A stretch of DNA of 63,266 nucleotides, counting the filler, from Octopus bimaculoides (Eukaryota), in assembly GCF_001194135.2 (NCBI RefSeq). It is 5 parts of 4 records of this genome, joined end to end, with 100 filler letters (N's around TTAATTAATTAA, not from the genome) between each part and the next. Parts side by side here need not be neighbours in the genome. Positions count along the whole stretch, not along the records: positions 51,002 to 63,266 come from NC_068996.1; 4 more parts are not named here. One strand, given 5' to 3'. The notes below the pieces were generated by a model. The model made no database searches, was not told the DNA's origin, and saw nothing but the letters and a program-made list of their open reading frames with translations. The position numbers and the translations under genes were made by a program. Shown piece after piece: positions 51,453 to 63,266 of this stretch; the stretch's first letter is position 1, and each line of letters starts with the position of its first letter.

Positions 51453-51879
51453 TGTATGTATGTATGTGTATATATGTTGACTCAACATAGATGTGCATAC
51501 ACGCACGCATACACATATACATATATGTAAATATATATCAGCTAATTCAACAGAAGCGATAAATTACAAGACTCAATATAAATTGAACCTTTCAGCTATA
51601 TATATATATAAACAATTTCAAAGTGACTTCACCTTTGTCCTGGAAAATAGTGAAATAAACAATCGTGATAAGTTCTTCAACGTCGCAGGCAGCCATCGAT
51701 TACACCGACATAAAAGAGAATGAGCAGTCACTGATGAAATGAACTCGAACTCAGAAACGGGCCAGATGGCTTTCCGACTGTTCTGTTAAATACATGCAAG
51801 AAAGCACACGCAAAATCACTGCAGATATTTCAGAGTTTCCTTGTGCGTGGTAAACTTTATAAAATGCTAAAAGAACATT

Positions 51880-52321
51880 TTGAGAAGTTTACCAAAGTAA
51901 GCTATTATATATCCTGTCCATATAGGATCAAGTAAAGCAGATGCTAAAAATTACAGGCCTATCTCTCTGGCCTCACATTTTAGCAAGATCATGGAACACA
52001 TTGTCAGAAGGTGACTGATCACGTTCTTGAAAGAAAATAACTTACTCAGAAATACGCAACGTGGCTCCTGTGCAGCGTGGCGCTGCCTCACACAGCTACT
52101 ACACTAATTAAGACTGGATACTGAAACAGTAGCTCAACCACTCAGGTATGGATGTGATATGTCTCGACTTTACCAAGGCCTTCGATAAAGTTGATCATGG
52201 GATGATATGTCAGAAACTGCGTAACCTTCATATCACCGAAAAATTAGGAGAGTGGCTGCATGACCTTTAAAAGGTAGAAATCAGACAATTGCAGCTAATG
52301 GTGCGCTCGCTCTCTCTCTCT

Positions 52322-52365
<44 letters not shown>

Positions 52366-53400
52366 TTCTCTCTTTCTCTCTCTCTCTCTTTTTCTCTCTT
52401 TCTCTCTTTCTCTCTCTCTCTCTATCTCTCTCTCTTTCTCTCTCCTTCTGGGGAGACATTAGTTCTCAAGGAAATATTTCAGCGAACTACTGTTTGTGAT
52501 TCGGGCCACTACTGTTTGTGGTGACTCTTTCAGACATACCCTCAGCCATACAGTCAGTCACTCTCGCCAATTATATTGATGATACAAAAGCATTACAGGC
52601 GGTCAAGAACCCTGATGGCATTCCAGAATTGTGAAAAGACCTGAATGCAATATACAAGTGGGCTGATGAAAATAACATGCAGTTAAATGTTTCCAGCACT
52701 CCACTATCGGTCGACAAACAGACTACAGTCGAAATACACTGGACGAGAGTGTAGTTAAATCCCAGAGTCAGAATCAATGCGCGATCTGAGAATCCACATG
52801 AGCACTGATGCAACATTCTATATGCATATTACTATGCAGGCGAGTAGCTGGATGAATTCTGAGAACATTCAGAAGCAGGAAAAATAATTCCATGATACTC
52901 CTATGGAGAATTTACGTTCTCAGTCGTCTGGATTACTGCTCCAAACTGTGGTCAACGCAGTGTCATACTGATGGCGGAACTTGAAGTAACCCAGCGCCAC
53001 TACACAAAGAAGAATGACTTGGTGCAAGAGAAAAGTACTGGGAGAAGCTAAAGTAACAGAAGATCTCACTAAATAGAATGCGTGAAATATATGCAGTAAT
53101 ATACATATGAAAAATACTGGAAGATCCATCTTTAAAATTCAAAGTTATACCAACCATCGAACTGGACGTCACTGCATAGTACAAAAGATACTGTCTTCAC
53201 TATCTAGAATAAGGACCGGTACTGTAACAGCTTGGGTGTCAGGAGTCCACAACAATTCAACATTCTGCCAGACTCAGAGATTTGTGAGGTGTAAATGTGG
53301 AGATCCTCAAAGAACATCTGGTCAGTTTTATCTGAGACACCAGATGAAACCATGTCGCTGAAGTAGTCTATTCGCTTGAGGTTGGAAGCTAGGTAAACTG
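51880..53400 (+). mobile_element. CR1-like LINE, degenerate RT region, interrupted by (CT)n at ~52306-52446
   Basis: KNYRPISLASHFSKIMEH, LDFTKAFDKVDHG, YIDDTK, NNMQLN, SRLDYCS; many stops and shifts. Confidence 0.85.
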
Positions 53401-53519
53401 AAGAGGTAAGCAAGGCCTGCCCGCCTATTATGGAAAAAAATGTGTTGGAAATTTGGGATCAGTAGACAGAAAAACGAAAGAGGCGAACAAATAATTGCCA
53501 TGGCAGAGGCAAGAATAAT

Positions 53520-55500
53520 TTACTTTGGAATAAAGCCTATTCAGGAAGTAATATGGAAGTAGGTGGATAGCCCCAAACGCTTAGTACATAATGAAATTGA
53601 CTACATTCTGGTCGATAAAGGGTGCATACTGCAAAGTTAGTGAACAACGGAATCAGCGAAAAAGGCTCTGCTTTTCTGAACCAAGGATCAGCACATCAAA
53701 GCCTTCGGTGCAACGCAGCTGCAAGATGCTATCAAAAGGGAAGATTAGTCAACTTCGAATCCATCCGGAGTCAGCTTCGACTCAAGCTCTTCGAATCAGC
53801 TTGAAAAATCTTGATGAAGACTACATTTCACTGATTCAAAAAAATTAAAAGCTATAGTGGAAGGCGAAAACTGCAAGCAGCGGGAGCCTGACGGAAATAT
53901 ATCAGATGTGAGAAAATGCTAGAGAAACGGTAAACTATGAAGAGGAGCATATTTAATTCTCTGCAATGTGAACGGACAACATCTAGGAAATGACTAACAA
54001 AATTATCAGAAGAAACTGATACAGGCTGTAGTGGAAAGGAAAAAGCTAAAACGATGCACTCTATATAGCTCAGCAGTGAAGGCGCTTAAGAACACTTGTT
54101 CATAAGCGCCTTCACCGCTGAGCTATAGAGTGCATCAGACAAAAATGAGATGGAAGAATATGCAAAACCTACACCAGCCATTTTAAATCATAAATCATCA
54201 GTGAAATTCGATCCTCCACAGTCACAAATGATGAAAAAAGTGCCCCTATTCTGGTCTGTGAAACTGAAAATGCACACAAAGCTCCAGGAAAAAACGACAT
54301 AACAGCAGAGATGTTAAGGTGCGAAGGTGGAAAGTTGTAGAAAATCTTCGTTCTGCGCTTCAATCGTTGTCTGAACGAATGCAAAATACCCTTGCTGTGA
54401 AAAGAGTTGGATACATCTTGCTTCATAAGAAGGGTGATAAAATAGATTTTAAAAAACTATCGCTTTATGTGCTTCTTGTCTCTCCTCTAAAAGCTGTTTA
54501 CAAATGTCATAGTCGCCAGGTTATCGAAACAGTTTGATTACTACTGAAGAAGCAAACAGGTTTTCACAAGGACGATGGATCACATACTTTAATACAGCTT
54601 ATAGAACGAGTGAACGGATATAAGTTTCCTCTGTGCATTGGTCTCATCGACAACGAAAAGTCTTTTGATAGAGACAAGATAAACGCAGTTCTGAAATTTC
54701 TGGAAATGCAGAGCACAATACATCAAATTGCAGAGATGCAAACTTTAGATGCTCTGCTGATATAACTATTATCGTCACCAGTAATTGTTCCAATGGAAAC
54801 GGGCGTCAATCAGGAAGATACCATCTCTCCAAAGCTCTTTATCGTATGTCTTGAAATGGTCATCTGAAGTGATGTGAACGTCAATGGCGAGCTAACAAAC
54901 CTCTAATACATCTCAACGCTTGTATGGAACATACATGAATTGCAAAAAAGCATTTTCATAGGGGTTTGCTGTAGCAAAATATTCATGATTAAGGCAGAAG
55001 GTATTAAAAACATGAAAGTCACTTCAGAGTTCTCCTATAGATTAATAGATGCATTTCGACAAGGCAAGATGAAAAACAACAAATTTAACTGAAAAATAAA
55101 AAGTAATTTTGTCGCATTATAAACAAGGAGACAAACAGAAATTTTAAACATCCAGCTTTGGTAGAGTTCACGATAGAAGCGATGTAATGAATGAAAGGAA
55201 TTTGGGGATTGACACTGCAGCAACAGTTGCATGAGCAGAGAACGAGAGAGAAGGGTAGAGGCGATGTGAGAGATGGACAGAAAGAAAGAAGAGGAAATAC
55301 GAAAGAGTGAGAACAAGACAAAAAGATTAAAAAAGAAAGAAAGATTTAGAGAGAAAGAAAAGATAAGACGTTACAGTGAGAGTGGTTGAGCATCTACAGA
55401 TGAGCGGTTATAGTCGGAGGCTGTGTTCTTTAGAAATCTAGTGATGAACATCAAAGTAGGATACAGAAACGGTTAACGGAAATGGGCAATTACACATGGG
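53520..55500 (+). mobile_element. RTE-clade LINE, degenerate (APE end + RT)
   Basis: HNEIDYILVDK, KAPGKNDITAEML, LHKKGDK, KFPLCIGLIDNEKSFD, GVNQEDTISPKLF; 3' boundary approximate. Confidence 0.85.
54053..54136. repeat. 84-nt near-perfect hairpin inside the RTE remnant
   Basis: gatgcactctatatagctcagcagtgaaggcgctta / taagcgccttcaccgctgagctatagagtgcatc, plus inner gaaca/tgttc. Confidence 0.9.
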
Positions 55501-56134
55501 AGCCCCTCATCAGCGTTGTTTCAACGCATTAAACGTCTAAATCTATATAAACACACACACACATAGACATACTTATAAATATTGAAAAACCGCAAGTGAT
55601 GACAAAAGAGTTAAATCTCAATATTGTTGGAAATAGAGGATCGTATTTATTGAATGATGTAGGTATGGAAGACTTACATTCAGGACTTCAAGTAACTCTG
55701 CCAACAATATTTCAACGATATTATGTCGTCAACGATAATCATTGCACATCTTCAGCAGTCGTAAGCCTAGTACACATGACATCCTCGATTTCAAACACGA
55801 AAAAAACAAGCAACTGCGGTAACAAGAAAAAATTTACCTCTGAACATTAGATCATTCAAAGGAAACATCTTTTTTCGGCTTCATTGCCAGAGCTTGGCAA
55901 AAAAGCTAATAAGTGTCGGCTGAAATAAATTATAGATATAAACATTATCAACCGCACAAACTCAATGTATGTGTTTTGGTTGTTCGCCAGTCCACTGTGT
56001 AAAGGGCTCTGCGGATGTTAAAATACCTTAATGGTCATAGACAAATGAGACAACTCGCCCACACTGCTAAGGATATTAGGGTTAAATGAATATAATAAAT
56101 CTTGGAACCTAAAAATGAAATATAGGTTTCAAAT

Positions 56135-56340
56135 TTTGACACAAGGAGGTGATTAATTTCAGGGGAAGGTGTAAACCGATTACATTGACCCGTGATCAAC
56201 AGGTACTCATTTTATCGACCCCAAAAGGATGAAAGACAAAGCCAACCTTAGCGGAATTTGGACTCAGATCGTAAAGACGAAAGAAATACCGCCAAGCATT
56301 TTGCCCGGCGTACTAACGACTCTGCCAGCTCATCGCCGTC
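56135..56340 (-). mobile_element. SINE family C
   Basis: Matches 1510-1713. Confidence 0.8.
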
Positions 56341-56492
56341 CCTAAAAATTGAATATTAAAAAATGTACCTGGGTAGCATTAAAAGTTTATTGATTAAAAA
56401 TAATAAAAGTTAACATTGAAATTAACAACTGAAAATTTATAATTTAAAATTAAAAGGATCATGTGTGGAGTGGATATGCGCGAAAGGTGTTG

Positions 56493-56969
56493 CTATAGCA
56501 GCCAGCTAGCTTCCTGTAACTTTCTTCTGTTGTTGATATTTGGTTTTCTTTCGTGTATGAGGATGGCCTCAGAGATTGTAAGGTTGCCCCTGTTCTGCTG
56601 TGTTGCCTTGATGTGCACTGTGAATTCCCGGGTTTGGCATTACCGTAGATGTTTCTTTACGGAACTGTCTGCCTGCATGTGTTCCTTTATACGTATATGC
56701 AGTTTTCTTGTTGTGCTTCCTATGTAGGATGCGTCACATTTGCCACAGATGATCTTATATACAGCATAGGTCCTCTGGCACAATTCAGGGTCATTGATGG
56801 GGCAGTTCGATTATGTGAACTCCTCTGAGTAGTGAGAGGTATTGTTCTTGGACAGAGCTTTTCTCAGGGACGGGCCGGTGTGCACCACCTGTATGTCGAG
56901 TCCTTCCCTGCGGTCTGCGTGTTGTATCGCTGCAGTAATTCTGTCGTTAAAGTGTGGTAGCTTTAGGAA
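56493..56969 (-). pseudogene. Penelope-like GIY-YIG endonuclease domain remnant
   Basis: 159 codons in one frame with 2 internal stops: CPINDPELCQRTYAVYKIICGKCDASYIGSTTRKLHIRIKEH...ISEAILIHERKPNIN. Confidence 0.88.
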
Positions 56970-57720
56970 GCAGCCTAGATGTAGTCATGAGTATTAGCAC
57001 TGCAAACACATTGTGGGCCACTGTTTTATTGAATGCAGAGAGTTCTGAGGTCTAAATTTTCTTTATTCGGCTCTAATATTCTTTAGTAACACGTGTTTTG
57101 TTACAGGTGTCATTGTAAGATGTTTTCATCCATCCCTAAATACCTGTAACATTCCTCGTCAGATACAGGGGAAACAATCAAATCATTGATGGAAATGTTA
57201 CTAGTCTAGTTTATAGTTTACCCCCCTTTTCACAACCATATAACAACATTTACCCTGACCAAACTCCAACCCTAAATCTTTTGAGAATGTTGTTCCTAGG
57301 TCAAGGCTTTTTTCATCTCATGCATATTCTTTATATAAAGTTTCAACTCATCCACAAAGAAACCGTGTGTAATTTTGGTATTTCTGTTTCCTTGTGAACC
57401 AGTGAGATATCCTTCAGACTTTCTTAACATGAATGACAAGGAATTCACAGAAAGTATAAACAACATCACAGAGAGGCTGTCCCCTTGGAATATGCCTTTG
57501 CGATAATGTGTTCTATCAGTGATAATACATTCACTCTTTGTGTTTGATTTCAAGATGGTGGCCTACGATGAAGTCAGGTCAGCTATAGCTTTGTCTATAC
57601 TGATAGGAACTTTAGCAAATTGAAGGGCTTCTAGCGTCCATGAATGGGGAACAGAGTGAAAGGCTTTCTTGTAGTGTAGCCACGTTGAAACTAGGTTCCT
57701 CCTAGGCTCTCGCATCACTG
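56970..57720 (-). mobile_element. R4/Dong-like RT fragment
   Basis: WLHYKKAFHSVPHSW, GIFQGDSLSVMLFILS, FVDELKLY, YRYLG, ELSAFNKTVAHNVFA. Confidence 0.85.
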
Positions 57721-58947
57721 ACATCACACTTTTGTTGATTAATAGATGCTCAGCACATTCCGAGACTCCTTCCTATGTATGTATGTATGTATGTATGTAT
57801 GTATGTATGTATGCTTGCGTGTACGTATGTATATATATATATATNNNNNNNNNNNNNNNNNNNNNNNNNNNNNNNNNNNNNNNNNNNNNNNNNNNNNNNN
57901 NNNNNNNNNNNNNNNNNNNNNNNNNNNNNNNNNNNNNNNNNNNNNNNNNNNNNNNNNNNNNNNNNNNNNNNNNNNNNNNNNNNNNNNNNNNNNNNNNNNN
58001 NNNNNNNNNNNNNNNNNNNNNNNNNNNNNNNNNNNNNNNNNNNNNNNNNNNNNNNNNNNNNNNNNNNNNNNNNNNNNNNNNNNNNNNNNNNNNNNNNNNN
58101 NNNNNNNNNNNNNNNNNNNNNNNNNNNNNNNNNNNNNNNNNNNNNNNNNNNNNNNNNNNNNNNNNNNNNNNNNNNNNNNNNNNNNNNNNNNNNNNNNNNN
58201 NNNNNNNNNNNNNNNNNNNNNNNNNNNNNNNNNNNNNNNNNNNNNNNNNNNNNNNNNNNNNNNNNNNNNNNNNNNNNNNNNNNNNNNNNNNNNNNNNATA
58301 TATATATATATAACAAAAGAGAGGAAAATGTGTTGTTGCAAATGCACCTAAATTTCAAAACTTCGTAAATGTTTAAAATACATCTATTTACATATGTACC
58401 AAACTAGTTTCAACAATACTCTTTGTTTATCAATGGTAAAAGCTTAAAATTAGAAAAAACATCTTTAAAAGTTTCAATGTTAACAAATTAAAATGTTTCA
58501 ATGTTGATAAATTAACATGTTCAAAACAGAAGGTGTAAATTTGAATGTTCATAGCAGTCATTAAAATTAAAACTGTATAGCAATTTGTTTGAATGTACAA
58601 AGTTCATTAGTTTTAGTGGTGGTCAACAAGTCATACTGAAAAAAACAAGTGTGAAATGAAAATAGTAATAAAATGGGAATTTGATTTACAGTCTTTCTGA
58701 TCCTCTTCTCATATACGCTTTCGCTTGTAGTGGTATGTTTTGGGATCATATGAATTTATAATTTTTTTCCGCGAGCGGATCTGATTTTTGATTCGTTAAA
58801 ATTCTGGTGACGTTTTTTTTTTTTTTTTTCGTGGTCAAGCTTGTCCTTCTGTTTGGCTGGTTTCCTTGTGGATACGGTCATAAGTCGTTCCGGTTGGTTG
58901 GTTCTCTTAAAGGGTCATTTTGTTGTATTCGCTGAAGTTCGGTTTTG

Positions 58948-59030
58948 ATTGGTCTGTAGTTGGGTGACGTCAGCAACAGATGTTTGTAGAATTTCATTGG
59001 ACTAGAGGTGGGTGACGTCAGCAGTTGATG
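58948..59030 (+). promoter_or_regulatory. Duplicated 48-bp module ATTGG-N12-TGACGTCA (inverted CCAAT box + full CRE)
   Basis: ATTGG 58948 and 58996; TGACGTCA 58965 and 59013. Motifs are seen directly; function is inferred. Confidence 0.35.
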
Positions 59031-59089
59031 TTTGTATGGTGATTTGGAGTTGCGGTTTCGGAACCCGGGTGGAAGATTGTTACTAAAGT

Positions 59090-60263
59090 TTTCAGAAAGT
59101 TGCTTGGTTCCAGACTCCAAGAATGGAATTTTCTCCAGCTAAACACTAAAGTTTCTCATTTCCGTCAACGCCATTTGCAGTTTTCATCATTTTACTTACA
59201 GGAGGGAAACGTTTTTTTGTTTTTTTTCTGCCACTGTATCAGCAGCTTGATGGAATCGTTTAGCTCTCGTTATGATCCAAAAGAATGGAGACTGTTCATT
59301 GACTCTAGTAAAGCTAGCCTTAAAGCTGTATTATTGCACAACAGCAATGGAAAACTTCCAGTACCTGTAGCACATGTCACTAACCTGAATGAGACTTAGG
59401 AATCAACGGAACTGCTGATAAGACTCATTAAATATAAGGACCACATATGAAATATTTATGGTGGCCTTAAAGCTGTACCATTACTTCTTGAATTACAGTT
59501 GAGCTTCACAAAACATATGTGCTTTTTGTGTCCATGGAACAGCAGAGATGACAAGAACCTATACAAAATACATGATTGGTCATCTAGAATTGAGCGTATT
59601 GATAAACACAATGTGTAACACCCAGCACTTATTGACTCTCAGAAAGTACATCTTCCACCACTTCACATTGAACTTGGCCGTATGAAACATTTCATGAAGA
59701 GTATGGATCACCAGGTTAATGGTTTCCATCTAATCTAAATAAGAATAAAATAGGAGCATGGACATTTTTTAGTTGCCAAAAATTTTCTTGGAAAATACAA
59801 AGCTGAAAAACACCGTGAACTCGTATCAAAAACGTGCTTAAATCTTATGAAAAAATATGGATGTAGAATGTTTTTGAAAGTGCATTTTTTACATTCTCAT
59901 CTTGACTTCTTCCCGAGCATGGTGAGCGCTTCCATCAGCAGATCTCAGTTATGGAAAACAGATACCAAGGTAATTTCGTCCCAAATATAACTGGAGATTA
60001 TTGTTGGTTCCTGCAGGAGAGCTCATCATCCAAGAAGCGACAAAAGAAGAGGGAAGCCGTCTAAGCTACGGAAAAGTAGCTTAAACGGCTTTCGTAATAG
60101 AAGCGGGTGAGAAAAAAATGAAAAACAAGGGTTTTCGGTTACACAAAATTTGAACCTGATAGAGAAATTTAGATATCAGATTTGAAATTAGCATCAGTAA
60201 TTTGGTAGGAATCAGCAGTTTACGTGTTTGTAACGAAAACAAATTGAAATTCGTTGCTCAGTG
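59090..60263 (+). mobile_element. Chapaev3-like (CMC superfamily) DNA transposon, 5'-truncated, degenerate
   Basis: LGSRLQEW, EWRLFIDSSKASLKAVLLHN, LPPLHIELG, KVHFLHSHLDFFP, EHGERFHQ, RYQG, DYCW; ends CAGTG followed by TAA (fits CAC..GTG termini and TWA target). Family assignment is from memory of these motifs. Confidence 0.75.
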
Positions 60264-60649
60264 TAATGATTCGGTAGAACATACATCCGTTACAGTTTAA
60301 GTGTGTATTCAAATGGTAAATAACGTTCTCTATTTCTAAAGTATTCAGATGATCATTTTTTTCTTAGTAGTGAACTTAATAAACTGGGACGATGAGGTCT
60401 GAACTTGAATCCAAACTTGAGTATTTATGTTCATATACTCTATGCAGCTGCAACACAGATATACGATACTATTTTAGGCTAGAGTCAAAGTATTCATATA
60501 TGCTTCTATTTACACAGATGGGATCTTTTTTAAAACGGGAGCCACATTTTTCATAATGTTTTATGTAGTGTTTTTGGTACGGAAAGACTTTCAAACTTCG
60601 TATACTTATCTATTTTGTGTTATAGAACAGAAAAATTTTTTTGTTGCTC

Positions 60650-60861
60650 CAGTTCACTCAGCTGACAAAAATGAGCTGTACCTGTAATTCAAAGGGCTAG
60701 CCTTGTCACACACTGTGTCACACTGAATCTCCCGGAGCACTACGTTAAGGGTAGGGATGCTTGTGGAGTGTTCAGCCACTTGCACGTTAATTTCACGAGC
60801 AGGTTGTTCTGTTGATCGGATCAACTGGAACCCTGGTCGTCGTAACCGATGGAGTGCCACA
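60650..60861 (+). mobile_element. SINE family A body
   Basis: Reverse complement of 31757-31950. Confidence 0.85.
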
Positions 60862-61074
60862 TTTGTTCTTATATATATATATATATATATATATATAACA
60901 AAGTAAAGTTGTAAAATACCGCACGAGTGGAAATATATATGAAAGAAGGTTTGAAAACGCAATTTTAAAGATGTTTATTCACTTGACTGGTTTCACTTTT
61001 TTAGAAAAAGATTGTCAAAAGTAAAATGTAAAGCTTTGTATAAGCTTTGTAGTTTTAAGTACAGGTTGTCACAA

Positions 61075-61320
61075 AAGTATTAAAATACATATATACATTC
61101 TCTGATAATAATAAGAAAATGTTAAAAACAGTTTAAGTATTAAAATACATATATAGATATATATATATAACCCCTAACTCTCTCGCATTATATATATATA
61201 TATATATTCTTTGATAATAATAAGATAATAAGAAAATGTTTAAAACAGTTTAAGTATTAAAATACATATATACATTCTTTGATAATAGTAATAAGAATAT
61301 GTTTAAAACAGTTTAAAAGA
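61075..61320. repeat. ~60-bp AT-rich tandem units, about 3 copies, split by (TA)n
   Basis: gtattaaaatacatatatacattct..gataat..taagaa.atgtt.aaaacagttta recurs. Confidence 0.75.
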
Positions 61321-61789
61321 GAGTATTCAGCAAAAAGTGTTTGGTAGTATATATATATATATATATATATATACTCAGAAGGGGATATATTTAAGAATTT
61401 ACAAAAAATTGGAGAGAAACTGACCCATCTTTTTAACATCTTTTCTGTCTTGTGTGTAGCTAAGGAATGTTTGCTATTTTAAGGGACAGCGTGAGAGGGT
61501 GGTTGGGGTGGGAGGAAGGAAGAGGAATGTAGAATTAAAAGGATTTTTTTCGTTTCTGGGCTAGTCTGTCATGGTTTGGTGGTTTTGGGGACTGGTCTTA
61601 GAGGTCAGAATGTCTCTGTGCACGTCTCTATGTGTGTGTGTATATACATGTGTTTGTGTGTGAGCCGTTTTTGATTGGTCCCAGAGTTTATTGTGACATG
61701 TGTATATGATTCTGTGTGTGTTTTATATTTGGTAGGATGATGTGTGCATATGTGTGCACGTTTGTGTGTGAGTGTGATTAATATTTGTT

Positions 61790-62340
61790 AGGGTGTTGTG
61801 TGTGCGCATGTGTGTGTATGTGTTTGTTCGCGTGTGTGTATGTGGGTGCGTGTGTATGTGTGTTTGTGTGTTTTGTGCTGGTGGAGATGTTATGTGTGTG
61901 TACGTGAGTGTGTCTCTGTCTGAGTATATATGTGTTGTTTTAATTGTCCTTGTGGTGTGTGTGAGAGTAACCGTATGTATGTGTGAGGGTGCATATGTAT
62001 GTGTGCGTCTGTGTGTGTGCGTGTATATGTTTGTGTGTTTTGTGCTGGTGGGGGTGTTATGTGTAAATACAGGAGTGTGTGTGTGTCTCTGTCTGAGTAT
62101 GTATGTGTTGTTTTAATTGTCTTTGTATGTTTGTGTGTGTGTGTGAGCAGCCGTACGTGTGTGAGTGTGCATATGTATGTGTGCGTTTGTATGTGTGCGT
62201 GTGTATGTTTGTGTTTTGTGTTGGTGGGGATGTTATGTGAGTGTGTGTCTCTGAGTATGTTTGTGTTGTTTGAATTGTCCTTGTGGTGTGTGTGAGTGAG
62301 CAACCGTATGTGTGTGTGAGGGTGCATATGTAAGTGCGTG
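61790..62340. repeat. Higher-order ~170-bp repeat within degenerate (GT)n
   Basis: tttgtgctggtgg..gttatgtg..gtgtctctgtctgagtat..gttttaattgtc recurs three times. Confidence 0.7.
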
Positions 62341-63109
62341 TGGGTATGTGTGAGTGTGTATGTGTGTGTTGTATTTATCAGGGGTTCTGTGTGTGTCCTT
62401 GTGAGTTGGGTTTATCCGGTGGGTGTGTATGTGTGTGCATGTGTGTTTTGGTACTGAGTATGCGTTTGGGGGGGGGGGNNNNNNNNNNNNNNNNNNNNNN
62501 NNNNNNNNNNNNNNNNNNNNNNNNNNNNNNNNNNNNNNNNNNNNNNNNNNNNNNNNNNNNNNNNNNNNNNNNNNNNNNNNNNNNNNNNNNNNNNNNNNNN
62601 NNNNNNNNNNNNNNNNNNNNNNNNNNNNNNNNNNNNNNNNNNNNNNNNNNNNNNNNNNNNNNNNNNNNNNNNNGGGGGGGGGTATGGCTTATGTAGTTTC
62701 CGAGTGTGTGTGCACATGTGTGTGTGCACATGTGTGTGTGCGCGCTGTAATTGTGAGTGATTTGTTTTGTTTGTATTGTTAGTGCAGTGTGTGTGCATAC
62801 GTGTGGGTGTGTTTGTGTGAGTGCGTCTATGTGACTTGTATTTGTCGGGGAGGTGTGTCATTGTGTGTGTGCATGCTTGTGTGTATGTGTGTTTGTGAGT
62901 GTTTGTTGTGATTATTGGGATTGTATTGTATGTGTGTTTTTCTTTTGAGCGTGTGTGTGTCATTTTTTACTGGGAAACGGGCGTATGGTGTTTGTGTGCG
63001 TGTGTGTGTGTACATATGTGTGCATATATATGTGTATGTAAATGTGATTTGTAATTGTCGTGGTGGTGTGTAGATGTGTACATGTACATGCTTACGTACA
63101 TATTTAGTA

Positions 63110-63223
63110 CTTATTTAGTACTTATTTCATCGGCTTCTTTTGCCGAACCACTAAGTGACAGAGAGGTAAACAAACCAACATCGGTTGTCAAGCAATGGTG
63201 GGACGACAAACACAAACACACAA

Positions 63224-63266
<43 letters not shown>
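63110..63266 (-). mobile_element. SINE family B tail running into (CA)n at the window edge
   Basis: agtacttatt...ttttgccgaacc.ctaag...catcggttgtcaagc matches 22250-22350. Confidence 0.8.

Noticed and set aside
51725-51780. CUGAUGA ... GAAACG motif
   Set aside because: Only a 3-bp offset stem II and no NUH site with a matching stem I.
62467-62682. Long poly-G tract
   Set aside because: Only short G runs flank a gap; length unknown and possibly a sequencing artefact.

Overview
AT-rich eukaryotic DNA saturated with microsatellites, about one tenth N. It includes four 100-bp scaffold joins that carry a synthetic TTAATTAATTAA linker. The SINE families and microsatellite landscape look like an octopod cephalopod (recognition from memory of octopus repeats, not a database search). 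No intact host gene is recognisable; nearly all long ORFs in the track are microsatellite or N artefacts. The window is a transposon graveyard: two mariners plus a small remnant, a maT/DD37D-like Tc1/mariner, a Chapaev3-like CMC element, CR1-like and RTE LINEs, two R4/Dong-like fragments beside (ATAC)n, Penelope-like (PLE) RT and GIY-YIG fragments, about 20 tRNA-derived SINE copies, MITEs, fold-backs and a 3.7-kb compound satellite. The most interesting signal is RNA-level. A 252-bp TA-flanked palindromic element (5560-5811) carries a hammerhead ribozyme in each arm: consensus-complete on the minus strand, damaged on the plus strand. Two unrelated minimal type I hammerheads lie at 14729-14775 (-, degenerate) and 16221-16266 (+). 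All coordinates and pairings were read by eye and need computational confirmation.
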